63,836 nucleotides of DNA from Paraspadella gotoi (lineage: Eukaryota; Animalia; Chaetognatha): the NCBI GenBank assembly GCA_051294375.1, contig CM119267.1:23522257-23586092 (forward strand), given 5' to 3'. A program made the translations under genes and the position numbers. Each line of letters begins with the position of its first letter. Position 1 is the stretch's first letter. The notes beneath the pieces are model-generated. The model made no database searches. It worked only from the letters and a program-made list of their open reading frames with translations, and was not told the DNA's origin. Shown here piece after piece: positions 10,221 to 24,515 of this stretch.

Positions 10221-12169
10221 TTGGTCGTCATCGTAATCGTTCCGCTCTGTCGTCGTTCTTGAATTGCAACGATTTTGACCAACGCGTAGAAACTTCGGTC
10301 AAAGAGAGAAAGCGAGAGACGTCAATTGATGTCACTATGTGCAGCTGATAAACCCGTCAGAGAGAGAGAGAGAGAGAGTGACGGGGTTCTTTGGTGCACC
10401 GTTAAAAAAGGGATAACAAACGAATAGGCGGCTGATAAGGAAGCGGTTTTGCATNNNNNNNNNNNNNNNNNNNNNNNNNNNNNNNNNNNNNNNNNNNNNN
10501 NNNNNNNNNNNNNNNNNNNNNNNNNNNNNNNNNNNNNNNNNNNNNNNNNNNNNNNNNNNNNNNNNNNNNNNNNNNNNNNNNNNNNNNNNNNNNNNNNNNN
10601 NNNNNNNNNNNNNNNNNNNNNNNNNNNNNNNNNNNNNNNNNNNNNNNNNNNNNNNNNNNNNNNNNNNNNNNNNNNNNNNNNNNNNNNNNNNNNNNNNNNN
10701 NNNNNNNNNNNNNNNNNNNNNNNNNNNNNNNNNNNNNNNNNNNNNNNNNNNNNNNNNNNNNNNNNNNNNNNNNNNNNNNNNNNNNNNNNNNNNNNNNNNN
10801 NNNNNNNNNNNNNNNNNNNNNNNNNNNNNNNNNNNTCTCTCTCTCTCTCTCCTTTGTCAATGGTCAACGAATTCTCTCCCGATTTCGATGCTACTTTGTC
10901 TTTTTCGATTGTCTCCTTTTGCTTTTTTCTTTCACTCCATCGCTTTTCTTTTTCTTCTTTTGCTTTATATATTTCTTTCGTTGTTATCTTCTCTTATTCC
11001 CAATACTATAATATAGTACATTTCCTCTTCCTCTTTCCCAATTCTCTTCGTCTCGTTTCTTTCCCATTTTTTCTTTTCTCTTCTTTTCATTTCTTTTCAT
11101 TTCCCTTNNNNNNNNNNNNNNNNNNNNNNNNNNNNNNNNNNNNNNNNNNNNNNNNNNNNNNNNNNNNNNNAATTGTGTATTTTATTTGTATTTATATTTT
11201 TTTTATTTTATTTTTATTTTATTTTCTTTTCATTTTACTTTTCTTTTCTTTTCTTTCTTTTCTTTTACTTTCTTTTCTTCTTCCTCACTGATTTCCTTTT
11301 TCTCCCTTCCTCCCTTCATTGCCTTTCTTCATAAAGTTTGTTTCTCTTTTGTTTTCTTTTTGTTTATTTATCTTCGTCATTCGTTAAAAAGTTTGAAAAA
11401 GAAATTGTCAAAGGAAGCCGCAGACGTCACCGCCGCCGCCGCCGCAGCGCCGCCACAGCTACCGTCGTCAGCTTTGTCGTTGTTATCTTCATCGTCATCG
11501 TCTTTCTTACCATCGTCGTCACTGTCGTCGTTGTCGCGGTCGTCGTCGTCGTCGTCGTCGTCGTCGTCTGTGACTGCCCAGTCGCGGCCTCCAGACATCC
11601 TGATTTATGGCTGGATAACCGGACTCATGGGGCGGGGGAAGGGAGTCGGGAAAGGGAAAGAAGAGACCGGTTGGGGATTCATGAGAATCGGTCGGGGACT
11701 GGGGAAGAATTTGACGAGAGATCGTCTTGAGGCGATCTGGGGATTTTCTTTGTATTTTAAAAATACTTTCTAGTTTTGATTATAATCAAACTTTTTTTTA
11801 CTGTTCGTTTGTACGACCGTGTGGCTAACATACAGATCTCAAACTTGAGAATGAAGAAAGATATAAATATTATAATGATAATATCGTCAACAATATTAAT
11901 CAATTCTCCCTCACCTCAACTCATTTCACCTCAAGGTCATCGACTCCCACTCGACCCTCAGTTAATCGGATCTTAAAATTTTGACCGATTGACCTTTTGA
12001 CCTTGAATTAACCCAAAGGCCTCGATTCTCTTTCGCCTCGCCTTTCATTTCTTTCATTTTCTTTTCTTTCTTTCTTTTTTCTTTCTTTCTTTTCTTTTCT
12101 TTTCTTTTTCTTTTCTTTTTCTTTTCTTTTACTTTTCTTTTCTTTTCTTTTCTTTTCTTTTCTTTCTTT

Positions 12170-12995
12170 ATCTTTGCTTTTTCCTCACTGTTTCTCTCGC
12201 CTATCCTCCTTATTGCCTTTCTTCTAGAAGTTATGGATTTCTCTTGTGGTTATCGTTTTTGTTTATTTATCTTTCGTCATTCGTTAAAAAGTTTGAAAAA
12301 AAAAAATTGTCAAAAGGAACAGCCGCAGACTGATCACCGCACGGCACGCCGCGCGCAGGTCCGCCCGACAGCCTCCGTCGGTCAAGCTTTGGTCGTTGGG
12401 TATCTTGCATCGTCAATCGTCTTTCTTTTTAACCATCGATCGTTTTCCGTTCCGTCGTGTTGTCCGATCGTTTGTCGTGGTCGTCGTCGTCGTCGTCGTC
12501 GCGTTCGTCGGTCACTGTGACTGCCGCAGTCGCAGGACCTTTTCCAGACTCCTGATTTTTATGGCTGGGTATAACCGGACTCATGCGGCGGAAGGGAAGG
12601 GAGTCGGAAAGGGAAAGAAGAGACCGGTTGGGGATTCATGAGAATCGGTCGAGGGATGGGGGAGAATTTGACGAGAGATCTTTTGAGGCGATTCTGGGGA
12701 TTTCTTTGGTATTTAAAAAATACTTTTCTAGTTTGTTGATTATAATCAAACTTTTTTTATTAGCTGTTATCGTTGTACGACCGTGTGCTAACATACAGAT
12801 CCAGATTAGAGAATGAAGAAAGATTATAAAAATATTATAATGATAATATCGTCAAGCAAAATTAATCAATTCTTCCCTCACCTCAACTCATTTCACCCAA
12901 GGTCATCGGACTCCCACTCGACCCTCGGAGTTAATCGGGGATCTTAAAATTTGACCCGGATTGACCTTTTGACCTTGAATTTAACCAAAGGCCTC
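12170..12995 (+). other. Error-rich tandem duplicate of ~11270-12025
   Basis: Colinear copy with frequent single-base insertions. Confidence 0.9.
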
Positions 12996-14299
12996 ACTTC
13001 TCTCCGCCCCGGTCCTGTACTTCTTGCTCTCTCTCTCTCTCTCTCTCTCTGCTGCACTCTCTTCTCCCACGTCTCTCCTCTCTCTACTCTCTCATCTTCT
13101 CTCTCTCTCATCTCTCCACTCTCTCTCCTCTAAAAGAGAAAATCACCGTTCGAATAATCATTCCCTGGATGCAGCGGTTGCGACGACGGCCGCGTATCCG
13201 GCGCTGCCGTGGCTTTACGTAGCGCCGACGCCATCCGCTGCTGTGCCAGCGCGCTGAACTCCTGCCATGTCCAAGTCGTCTCTTTGTCGTTGTCACCAAG
13301 TTGTTGTCGTGGTCGTCGTCGTTATCACCGTCATCCGTGGTCCGTCGCGTCCGTCATCACGCGTCATCGTCATCAAACGTCGTCGTCTTTAGCGTCGTCG
13401 CGGTTTTTTTTTTTAANNNNNNNNNNNNNNNNNNNNNNNNNACTTCTCTACCGCCTTCTCGGTCTCTGTATCTTCTCTTTGCTCTACCTCTCTCTCTCTC
13501 TCTCTCTGCATGCACTCTCTTCTCTCCAGCAAGTCTCTCCTCTCTCTACTCATCTCGATCTTCTCTCTCTCTCTCTCTCAGACGCTCACTGTAAAAGAAG
13601 AAAGAGCAGAGCACCGTTCGGAATGAATCGAATTCCGACTGGAGGATTGGGCACGAAGAAAGACGACGAGCAGGCCGGCGTATCCGACGGACATCCGGCT
13701 GCTGCTGCCGCCGGCCTGACACTTGGCAAATCAAGGATGACGGTCTGACTTCTGCTGTTGGTCACCATGTCTGTTGTGGTGTATGCGGTACGATTGGGAT
13801 CCACCCCGTCATACGTGATGAGTGCGTTCGGTTCGGGTCGGTCATTCAACGGGTGCGGTCGGTCTTGTAGGCTATGCTTTTCGTCGGGCTATGCTATATT
13901 TATGCGGAAATAGATGTAAGTCTTCTCCAGTCGAAAAAAGCAGGAGAGATCGGATTCCTATCCGGATCTCACACCATTCTGTCACTATTCCTGCTATTCG
14001 TTGTCACTTTCCTCCTTACCGATCGTGTCTCTCCCTGTCCTGTCCCAGTATGCTCTGGTCTGCGAATCATTCAATCACGGAATCAGATGCATTCAATTCC
14101 ACTTCAAAGAGGACTGCCACAAATCGCCTCCAATCATGATCATTATCATTCGCGTCCCATCGCTCGATTCCATTACCACATCCGTAATTCATTCATCGAG
14201 ACTATCAGTAAGCGAGTCGATCATAAGCCTAAGTTGGCTCAATCGAGTCCATCATTAGCCAGGGTTCTTCTCGTTTAGTACGGTTTATCCATCTTTCGT

Positions 14300-16996
14300 C
14301 GTGTTATTAATATGCGCCGTAGTCTACGCCGCTACCCGTGACAGAGAAACAAGTATGCTTCACTGATCTATATCTGTAAGCGATTTTGTACAAGATCTAT
14401 TCCGTCCACTATTTGGCGCCATAGCCAGAAAGATCACGCCACGAGCAGCAGTTCGACAGCGTTAACCTACTTTCGTCTATGTGAAAGCTCGAGTACCACC
14501 AGACAGAGTACGAATAATATAAGCGAAAAACAACCATTTTTCGGTAGTCTGGCACCTCCTTGTCAGAGTACTCTTCGCAGCTCAGAGGAACTTAGAGGTA
14601 CGCTCAATACTACAAATAAAAAAAACATAATAAGGATTTATCTTATTGATTCATTATGTTCACGATCGCTTACAATCACTGTAGAAATTACTGTCGTCGC
14701 GCACTAATCAGCGTGGATCGATATTTCAACGAATCGGATTCTTTTACTACAGCATTTTAATGATCGCGTCGGCACGTCGAAGCGCTGCAGTCGGTGACGA
14801 AGCAATTGCGGTGCCGCTTCCTGTTTCTTGAAGCTGGACTGACAACATCATTTAGAATGATCGCAATCGTGCCGGTCACGATGTTATTAGTGTCACCTCG
14901 ACAGACAAAGATGTGACCATGAATCTGTGATGATGCGCGCGTCCCGAGGTATGAATGTGTGGTCTATGTGAAGTGAGAGAGAGTAAGAAAGCTTGAGTGA
15001 TCCAGTGAAGTGTAAGATAATGGTAAGGGTCTGTGAAGCTGACTGAGAATGAGTCAGTGAAGTGAGACCGGAAGAAATGAGTCAGTGAAGGCGTGAGCAG
15101 AAAGATAGAGAAGGAGCGCCGAGTAGAGATCGTGTAGAGTGAGAAAAAATAATTGCAAGATATTGGCAAGTCTAGTAACAAGAGATCGTAGAGACAATGA
15201 AGACATATAAGAATCTATATAAAATTAATAGACAAGATCTATATTTGCACGAAGTGTATTGCAGTTGTACTTGAGCCGAGGAATCGTCTCAACAGAGCTA
15301 AGCAGGTTGAGTATTGAATAAAATTTATAGATAAACAATATCTAAATCATCCTAACAAGAATACAGTGAAGAAGAATTCCAAAAATATATAAAACTAGAG
15401 ATTATTACTAATAGGAGATACCTAAATTATTAAAAAAAGACAGATACCATTTATTAAAATAAAAATATATCATTATCTGGCTTCCTCCAGGACTAATAAA
15501 CAGGTAATCCGCGGGTTGTCCATGAAGCATCAACTAAAGATGGTTGTAAAAACTTCGCTTAGGAAATGTTCAACAATTGGCACTCTGCAAAAAAATGAGA
15601 CACTATGATGATGAAAAAACTTGTGAACCAAGAAATAGTATTAAAAATGATTATTCTGAAACAATACAGCTTAAGTTTTTGTGATCTAACAATATAAAAG
15701 TACATCGATTTCGCTAATAAGTGATGCTAAACAAAACAGCATTACATATATAATTATATATACATAGATAGAATTCAATTATGCGATTATCGATTAAGCG
15801 TAATATCTGAACTGAGAACAAGAAGAAGCCAGCAACTGTTCGGTCACTCCTCCCCGTCTCGCTTATCCAAGGAAGCAAGAGCTGAAGGATTGAACTTTGA
15901 CTCAATATGATGAGATGCGCTGACGTTCGCCCAGCTTGGCCACATGGGATGTGCGCCAAAGTGCACAACCACAATGCTATTTAATTGAACTTTTAAAGAT
16001 CGATTAATGTTAATTTTTTTAAATTGTAGGCACTTATTTTATTTTATAATCCGCCGTGAAGGAAAACTTTTCTCTTGAGTTTTCTCGACGTCGAAGGAGT
16101 GTCAAGGCGATGGATTTGTTCCTATCGTTGATGAAGGGAGAAGAGATTTGTGTTGGATTTGAAACAGAGGAAAGTTGGTGGTTGCCAGAATGTTCCTGGT
16201 ATGGAAACTGAGCAGGAGGACGAGGAAAGATATATATTAAATTGGCATTATACTAATTGCAATATTGAATATTTTTTGTAGATATACAAAAATGTTTGTA
16301 AAGTTGGTAAAAAGTGAATATAGCTATGCTCACAGTTGTTGAAACATGTTTGTTGAAGAAGATAATAAATGACAGAAGTGACCCGAGAAAAGTGGGGAGA
16401 GCAGAGTGCACAAAGAGTATAGAGGAGAAAGATCATCAATGACATGCAATAGCAGACAATATTAGATACTGAAATTGGAGAAAAACGCAAAGTGCGAGCT
16501 CTAGAAATCATTTAGCTATTAAACCCCATACAAACAGCTACCTCGTCCACCGCTTATCGGTCCTTTTCAATATACAGATTCTAGCACGGATTTTCTGTAA
16601 TATTGAGGGTTCATACGAATATGGCATAACCACGACGACGACTGGAACCGAACCAGAGACCTGAGGCGAACAACTTGCTAAATTCGGTCATAGTGCACAG
16701 ATACGGGCGATAGGCTGTTACGAAACTCGAACAGGGTTTCACAGGGCGCCGGCAGAATTAATTTGTTGGAACAAGCACGACGTCCCACCGAGAGTGGCGC
16801 CGGACGGAAACGAGTGGCCGCACACGGACGGACACTAAGGACGGCGTAAGACATCGGTCAATTTCGAAGTGTCGACAAGCAAGAACATAAACTTTTTCCT
16901 CTCCGAAATTCTCTCTTTCAGCACTTGCTATCTCTCTCTCCTATCTCTCTTCCTTTAATCTTTCTCTTTTCTTCTATCATCTTACTCTACTCATCT

Positions 16997-17027
<31 letters not shown>

Positions 17028-18550
17028 TCTCTGCTTCTCTCTCTCTTCTCTCCTCTCTCTTCCTTCTCTCTCTCCTCGGCTTCGAGGTATATTAACTCTT
17101 AAAACAAAGCCCCAATCACCAACACAAAGAACAACTGATTATTCGCCACTATCGGTCGGCCTCAACTCGGTGTCGTTTCGTCGGCGTCCGTCTTGGTCGG
17201 TCGGTTCTTCGGTGAAGTTCGGGGTATCTCGTCGTCGTGTCGGTTCCTGCTGTGGCGGTCTCAGCGGGGCCGCTTTCGGGTCGTCGTGGCCTGTTCGGCG
17301 GGTTTCGCCCAGTGAGGACGCCGGTCGTCGGTCTCCACTTTAAACATATCGAGACACCGACGAGTACTAACACACGCGACAGAATTCACTATTCACCAAA
17401 CCGGTCGAGAAAGCACAAAATTATACAGCTGGGCAGTGTTGGTTATACGTATTTGAACATATCTTGTTGTTCAGTTTTGTATCTGATCGTCAATGTAACG
17501 TCAAGTGTCTGATTAGTTCTCTATGGATCCCATATTCTTTTTTGTGATTCAATTTCCTCCAATTTACGATATATTTATTTAAATATTATTAATTAGACCA
17601 TATAATAGATTCTGGCTATATACACGAAGATCACAAAAATAATCAATTGTGCACCTGCTGATCTCTCTTTATCTAGAGGGAACATGAAAATACAGTGCTT
17701 TTATTTTGAATATTAAGGCGGTTAAGTGCCACACCTTCTCGTAACTCCATTTTTTCATCAACCGTCAAATGACATCATCCAGTTTTTTGAATAAATTACT
17801 CGACTCTCATCGCTCTCCAATCTCTCTCTTTCTCTCATCTCTCTCTCTCTCTGGTCTCCTCATTCCTTCAACATCCTTCTCTCTCTCTTCTTCAATCTCT
17901 AGCCTTCGGTTTCTTTTCATACTCTTCTTCTTCTCTCTCCTCTCAATGCGCGCGAATTTCATAATTTAGATACTTAATACTTCATCTATTCCCTCAATGA
18001 ATTCTTCCCTGAATACAGTAACTATATAAGGGTTGGAAGTAATGATGGATATATCTTTCACGCAGAACAGTAAACGAGTGTCTCGCGCCAGTGGGAGTAC
18101 AGGCCACACGAGACTATTACAGATTATCTGAAAATACGCTAGAAACAGAGGTAGATAAAGGGGATAGGCTGATGTCTTGACTTGAGCGGACGAAAGAGGT
18201 CCAGGCATTTCAGACTGTGGTCAAATGTATGAAACTCTCGATCTCTATAAGTAAAAAGTCCGGGTGTGTGAGTATCGCCCTATTTTTATCTGACACAGTA
18301 GATAGTATACCAATAATATGACAAAAGAAACAATATGATGGTATCATGTAGTAACTCTGGAACTTACTATATAAATCACATGCATCCCTTAGAGTAAAAA
18401 GAAATTAAGATTATCGGCGTCTACTATTTTACCGAGTAATCGTGTGAGTTATTTCGTGATCTGACGGTTAAACGATCCCTCCCATTTATAAACTTATGGT
18501 ATGTAATTCTCTCGGCCATATATAAGTTACGAACTATGACTCTATATAAC
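14300..18550 (+). other. Very noisy, insertion-inflated duplicate of ~18600-21430
   Basis: 15640-16110 is nearly identical to 19430-19920; the flanks align only with many extra bases. Confidence 0.85.
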
Positions 18551-18679
18551 ATTTTCTCTCTTTTTATGAGTAAATGATTATCTTCTCTTCAGTCGAAAAA
18601 CGAGAGATCGTTTCCTACGACTTCTCCCTTCGCGTTTTCGTCGTCATCGTCGTCGTCTTCCTTGTCATTGTCGATATTG

Positions 18680-18683
<4 letters not shown>

Positions 18684-18740
<57 letters not shown>
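18684..18740. repeat. (ATC)n microsatellite
   Basis: About 19 perfect units. Confidence 0.95.
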
Positions 18741-20521
18741 TACCGTTTTCCGTTGTCATCGTTTTCATCCTCGTCTTTTGTTTCCGTCTTCCCGTCGTAA
18801 TACATTTTATTATTATCCTAGCTATTTTTTAATCATACTCTGCCCATGCAAATCCACTTGCATTATTACCTATTTTGTCATTTGAATCGAGTCCAGATGT
18901 AGAAATATACGAAAACAATTTTTTCGTCTGGCCCTTCAGCGTCTCTTTAGTTCAGAAAATGGCCTCATCTCCAAAAAAAGATTTATCTTTACATCTCAAT
19001 ACTGATATTTCGTCGCGGCATCAGTATTTCAACGATGTATCTTTCTACAGCATTTTAATATCCGCAGCAAGCGCATCGTCGCTCATCGCCGCTCGACTAC
19101 AACATCATTAGAGATTCTCGTTTCGGTCATTTTTTTTCCTCGCCTCGAACAAAAGTGACCTTGAATTGGAGGATCTGCGCATGCGCGGTTCATTTTGGGG
19201 GTTTGGGTAAGGAAAGGCGAGGTAAGTTGCGTGGGAGAAAAGATGGGATGATGAAGTTTAAAGAGAAAAAATAAATAAAAAAGATTTAATCATTGAGTTT
19301 CATCTCTGAGCCGTAAGCACTAAGCAAGCAGGTTAAAATTAGATAACATTCTATACGTCACAGATTAGTAACCAAATAATAAACTACTATTTACTAGAGA
19401 GAATATTTCAATAAGACAGTGTGACCAAAAAAATTAAAATGATTATTCTGAAACAATACAGCTTGAAGTTTTTGTTGATTGTAACAATATAAAAGTACAT
19501 CGATTTCGCTAATAAGTGATGCTAAACAAAACAGCATTACATATATAATTATATATACATAAGATAGAATCAATTATGCGATTATCGATTAAGCGTAATA
19601 TCTGAACTGAGAACAAGAAGAAGCTCAGCAACTGTCGGTCACCTCTCCCCCGTCTCGCTTATCCAAGAAAGCAGGGAGCTGAAGGATTGAACCTTTGACT
19701 CAATATGATGGGATGGCGCGTTCGCCCGCTTGGCCACATGGGATGTGCGCCAAATGTGCCACAACCACAATGCTATTTAATTGAACTTTTCAAAGATCGA
19801 TTAATGTTAAATTTTGTTTTTAAATTGTAGGCACTTATTTTATTTTATAATCCGCCGTGAAGGAAAACTTTTCTCTTGAGTTTCTCGACGTCGAAGGAGT
19901 GTCAAGGCGATGGATTTGTTTGATGAAGGGAGAAGAGATTTGTGTTGGGATTGAAACAGAGAAGTTGGTGGTTGCGGAATGTTCCTGGTATGGAAACTGA
20001 GAGGAGAGAGGAAAGATATATGATTAAATTGGTTATACTTAATTTTGCAAATTGATATTTTTGTGATAAATGTTTGATGTTGTAAAAGTGAATATAACAG
20101 TTGGAAAAGTTGGAGAGAGGGAAAGAGAGAGTGAGAGAAAGAGGGAGAGAAAAAGAGAGAGACATATTGATATTGAAATTGAAAAACGAAAGTGCGAGCT
20201 CTAGAATATTACTTTAAACTACCCTAAAAAGCTACCTTATCTTATCATTTGTAAGTATTAACAGTTTTCTTGAGTTTTCATAAATGGTACTGAACAACTG
20301 AACAATTCTAATTTTCTAGTGCACAATAGGCATGGGCTCTTTCTAACTCACAGTTTAAGCCGACATTTTTGTTGGAAACCCGATCCCACCACAGACGGAC
20401 GGACGGACGGACGGACATCGGTCATTTCGAGTCACCAGAACAAAATTTTTTTCTCTCTCCGAAATTCTCTCTTTCACACTTGCTATCTCTCTCTCTATCT
20501 CTCTCTTTTTCTCTTTCTCTC

Positions 20522-20559
<38 letters not shown>

Positions 20560-20621
20560 GTTCAGTATTTAACTCTTAAAACAAAGCCATACCAACACAA
20601 AGAAATGATTATTCGCCATAT

Positions 20622-20674
<53 letters not shown>

Positions 20675-20722
20675 TCCACTTAAACGCGCCATAGACGCGA
20701 CAGAATCTCGCGCGGAGCAAAA

Positions 20723-20781
<59 letters not shown>

Positions 20782-20948
20782 CCGTCTTTTTTTGTTCATT
20801 TCCATTACGTTTGTTTAATTTTTAATACATAAATGATGTGATAAAGCAAAAAACTGGACTGTCGCTCTTTTATCAGGAATGAAATACATTTTATTGGATT
20901 TAACGAATTAAAATTTTTTAACACCGTCAAATATCTCCAGTTTTTTTA

Positions 20949-20991
<43 letters not shown>

Positions 20992-21890
20992 GCCTTCGTT
21001 TTTTTAAATTTTTTTCTCCGTCTCATGACGAATAAATTACTTAACTATCTTATCTCCGAAACAGACAAAGTTGAAAGATAATGAAAGTTAATCGCTGACA
21101 GTTGGTTCCGTGGATCAGGCGATAAGTACGAAAACGCCTGACGAGCGTGGGAAGGGCCTGTTGCCTTGAGAGAAGAAGAGTCCAGACCGACGGGGACGAT
21201 TAGAAAAGTCCAGGGGTTGGAAGTCTTTTCAACTCTACTAGTTACAAAAAAGGAAGAATTATCTGGTCATGTAGTACTTACTACTTATTATCATTGAGTA
21301 TTTAAGTATAAAAATTAAGATTATCGTCTGATATCTTACGATGATCGTTTATTCGTATCGAGGGTAAACGATCCTTCTCCATTGAATTTTAAACTTTATG
21401 TATTCGGGCCATAATAATTACGAACTATGATTAACAGGAGCATTGACAAGTGACTACATCGCCTACATGAAATGGTTCCGAGTAGAGGTTCGGACAAGAT
21501 ATGATTAAGATCACAGTCACGTGAACGGGCGCTTAATCGAGGTCGAATTGAAGGCGGGGGGGAGAGAGAGGGGGGGCGCTGTATCGAAGATGATAATCGC
21601 GTTTTTAAACGACTCGTAATTTTGGTTGATTAGGTTGAGAGAGTTTCTCGTGATCGACCGAGAACTGGGAATGATCTGTGAATGTTTCACTCGACGTATA
21701 ATTGGGAAAATTAATCTAAAAAGACGTGAAATTGATGGTAAACGAAGTTACAAAAAGCCTAATTTACAGATAATCAGGTTATATTGAAATAAAAGTGATG
21801 TTAAATTGACGTTAAACTTTAAAATGGAGGGAAAAGAAAATGGTGGCCGCAAGTCGAGGCGACGATAATTTTCCGGCTCGTTGCCTTTGA

Positions 21891-21930
<40 letters not shown>

Positions 21931-22599
21931 CACTCTGTCCCCCGTGTCAAGTTGGATTTTCTTTTTGGTCACGCTGTGTCATTTCGATCTTTCCCTCTTT
22001 CCTTCCAGCGGGTCATTGTCATTGTCATGTCATTGTCATGGGCTCTTCATTTGCTAATTGACAGTTGTCATTACATTCGTTATCTATTATATTATAGCTT
22101 ATAGTGTTTTATTTACCTTATGGCTTATACACATGACCGAGGATTTAACGTTTGGTTAATTTAAATCATCTTACTTCATCTCATTCTTCCTCATTCTGTT
22201 TCATTTTCTCATTCTGCTTCATCTTCCTCCTCATTCCATTTCATCCATTTCCTCTTCTTCTTCCTCCGCCTCTTCAAACGTCGTCAATATCATTTGCATA
22301 TTAATGTTCGTCGGCCATTTTGGGATTTTTTTTTTCGAGGTCAAAGATCGAGAAGCGAATCTTTGGTCCGAATCTCGATTTTCGGGAACGAGACATCGAC
22401 TAACGAACCAACGAACGGATTAACGAACGAACTGACAAACAAAGTCAGCCAAGAATGAATGAATTGAACAAGCAGCATCGATTAACATAAAACAAGAACA
22501 AGAAAAAGAATAAGAAAAAGAACAAGAACGGTCCTTCCATTGTGTTACGCCGCTGTGACTTTCTTTTCACATGTACTTCCAATTATGAACTGAACTGAT

Positions 22600-22684
22600 G
22601 AACATTGATTAACATAAGTGGGACAGACCGACAGACAGACATACCGACCGACCTACCCAAAAGTGAGTTATAGCGTTACTCCTC
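22600..22684 (+). mobile_element. Helentron/DINE-1-like non-autonomous repeat fragment, truncated by a gap
   Basis: (GACA/GACC)n tract followed by aaagtgagttatagcgtt; inverted homologue at ~42535-42670. Confidence 0.4.
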
Positions 22685-22774
22685 NNNNNNNNNNTTATAC
22701 CAGGCTTTAAAATCTGAAGTTACTGGGCGACGAGATGGTAGAGGGAAGAAAGCTCGACGATTTTGATCGGAATC

Positions 22775-22881
22775 TTAATTGCGTAGTTTGAATATGAATG
22801 TTAATTGCGGAGTTTAAATATGAATGTTAATTGCGGAGTTTAAATATGAATGTTAATTGCGGAGTTTAAATATGAATGTTA
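22775..22881. repeat. 26-bp tandem repeat x4 (ttaattgcggagtttaaatatgaatg)
   Basis: Three perfect units and one with 2 mismatches. Confidence 0.95.
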
Positions 22882-24226
22882 TCTTTGAACTCGCTCCGTA
22901 TATCGTAACAATACACTTTCTTTTTATGCGTCAACTTCCGCATAGCATGTCATTACACTTACAAATTTAATTTCAAACATATTCTCCTAATCAAAATGAA
23001 CGTTAAATTCCCTTATTTCAAATATATAATATTGCGAAAATTCTTTCGATTCGTTGTGTTATGAGACTAGCAAAGAGAATTTGTTGCTGATGATGTCGAA
23101 ATAAAAAACAAATTCTCTTTGCTAAAATATATAATATATATATTTAAATATATAATTACAAATTGGAAGATGTTTTTAATGTTTTTCTACAACGACTTTA
23201 TTNNNNNNNNNNNNNNNNNNNNNNNNNNNNNNNNNNNNNNNNNNNNNNNNNNNNNNNNNNNNNNNNNNNNNNNNNNNNNNNNNNNNNNNNNNNNNNNNNN
23301 NNNNNNNNNNNNNNNNNNNNNNNNNNNNNNNNNNNNNNNNNNNNNNNNNNNNNNNNNNNNNNNNNNNNNNNNNNNNNNNNNNNNNNNNNNNNNNNNNNNN
23401 NNNNNNNNNNNNNNNNNNNNNNNNNNNNNNNNNNNNNNNNNNNNNNNNNNNNNNNNNNNNNNNNNNNNNNNNNNNNNNNNNNNNNNNNNNNNNNNNNNNN
23501 NNNNNNNNNNNNNNNNNNNNNNNNNNNNNNNNNNCAATACGCAACCACAACGAAAAGAAAGGAAATTCACGATAATTTCAAATATATTTTCCTAATCATA
23601 ATAAACGTTAAATTCCCTTATTTCCACTGGATGTAAGTCGCGCCCTGATGTCGTTCTGGAACGCTGACCAAAGAATAAATGCTTTTTCTTTGTTCTCGCT
23701 CNNNNNNNNNNNNNNNNNNNNNNNNNNNNNNNNNNNNNNNNNNNNNNNNNNNNNNNNNNNNNNNNNNNNNNNNNNNNNNNNNNNNNNNNNNNNNNNNNNN
23801 NNNNNNNNNNNNNNNNNNNNNNNNNNNNNNNNNNNNNNNNNNNNNNNNNNNNNNNNNNNNNNNNNNNNNNNNNNNNNNNNNNNNCTCTCTCTCTCTCTCT
23901 CTCTCTCTCCCTCTCTTTTTTCGTGCCAGAAGAGGTTTTTTCAATTAACCCGAGACACATTTTATTTCTAATTTTTATGACTTTTTGTGATTTTATTTTC
24001 CAATTATTTTTTTCCCAGTTCCCATAACTAGCTTTTATTGAGTTTTAAATTTGGTTAAGTTGACTTTACTTTTGATTTACTATCTTTAATACTACTGCAG
24101 TGTCGAATTATCACAGTCGCTTGCTAATCATTATCTCTGTAATAAAAATGGATTGTCCATTTTTTCGTTCAACGATTTTTATGTTCATTAAAAACGAACT
24201 TGTTTTTCCTGCCCAACATTTTTATT

Positions 24227-24266
<40 letters not shown>

Positions 24267-24359
24267 TGAGACAGAGACCGAGAGGAAAGCGAAGGTCTCA
24301 AGGCCTTGAAGTTTCCTTCGGTCGGAAAAACTTTTTGCTTTTATTACTTCGCTCTTTTG

Positions 24360-24515
24360 GGTCGGCTGCTTGGTTGGCAGCTTGGCTTACTGCTAGGTTT
24401 TCAGCTTCATTGGCCTCTTGGTTGGCAGCTTGGCTTAGTGCTAGGTTGGCAGATTCATAGGCCTCTTGGTTGGCTGCTTGGCTTACTGCATGGTTGGCTG
24501 CTTGATCGGCTTGGT
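24360..24515. repeat. Degenerate ttggctgc/ttggcttactgc tandem repeat
   Basis: Repeating 4/8-bp motifs with a higher-order repeat of ~50 bp. Confidence 0.8.

Noticed and set aside
10322-11291. Long ORFs spanning N runs (also at 23.1-24.0, 26.6-27.3, 37.2-37.8 and 63.5-63.8 kb)
   Set aside because: Open only because of assembly gaps.
13586-14278. Complex-looking ORFs
   Set aside because: Within the interleaved, noisy gap-fill sequence.
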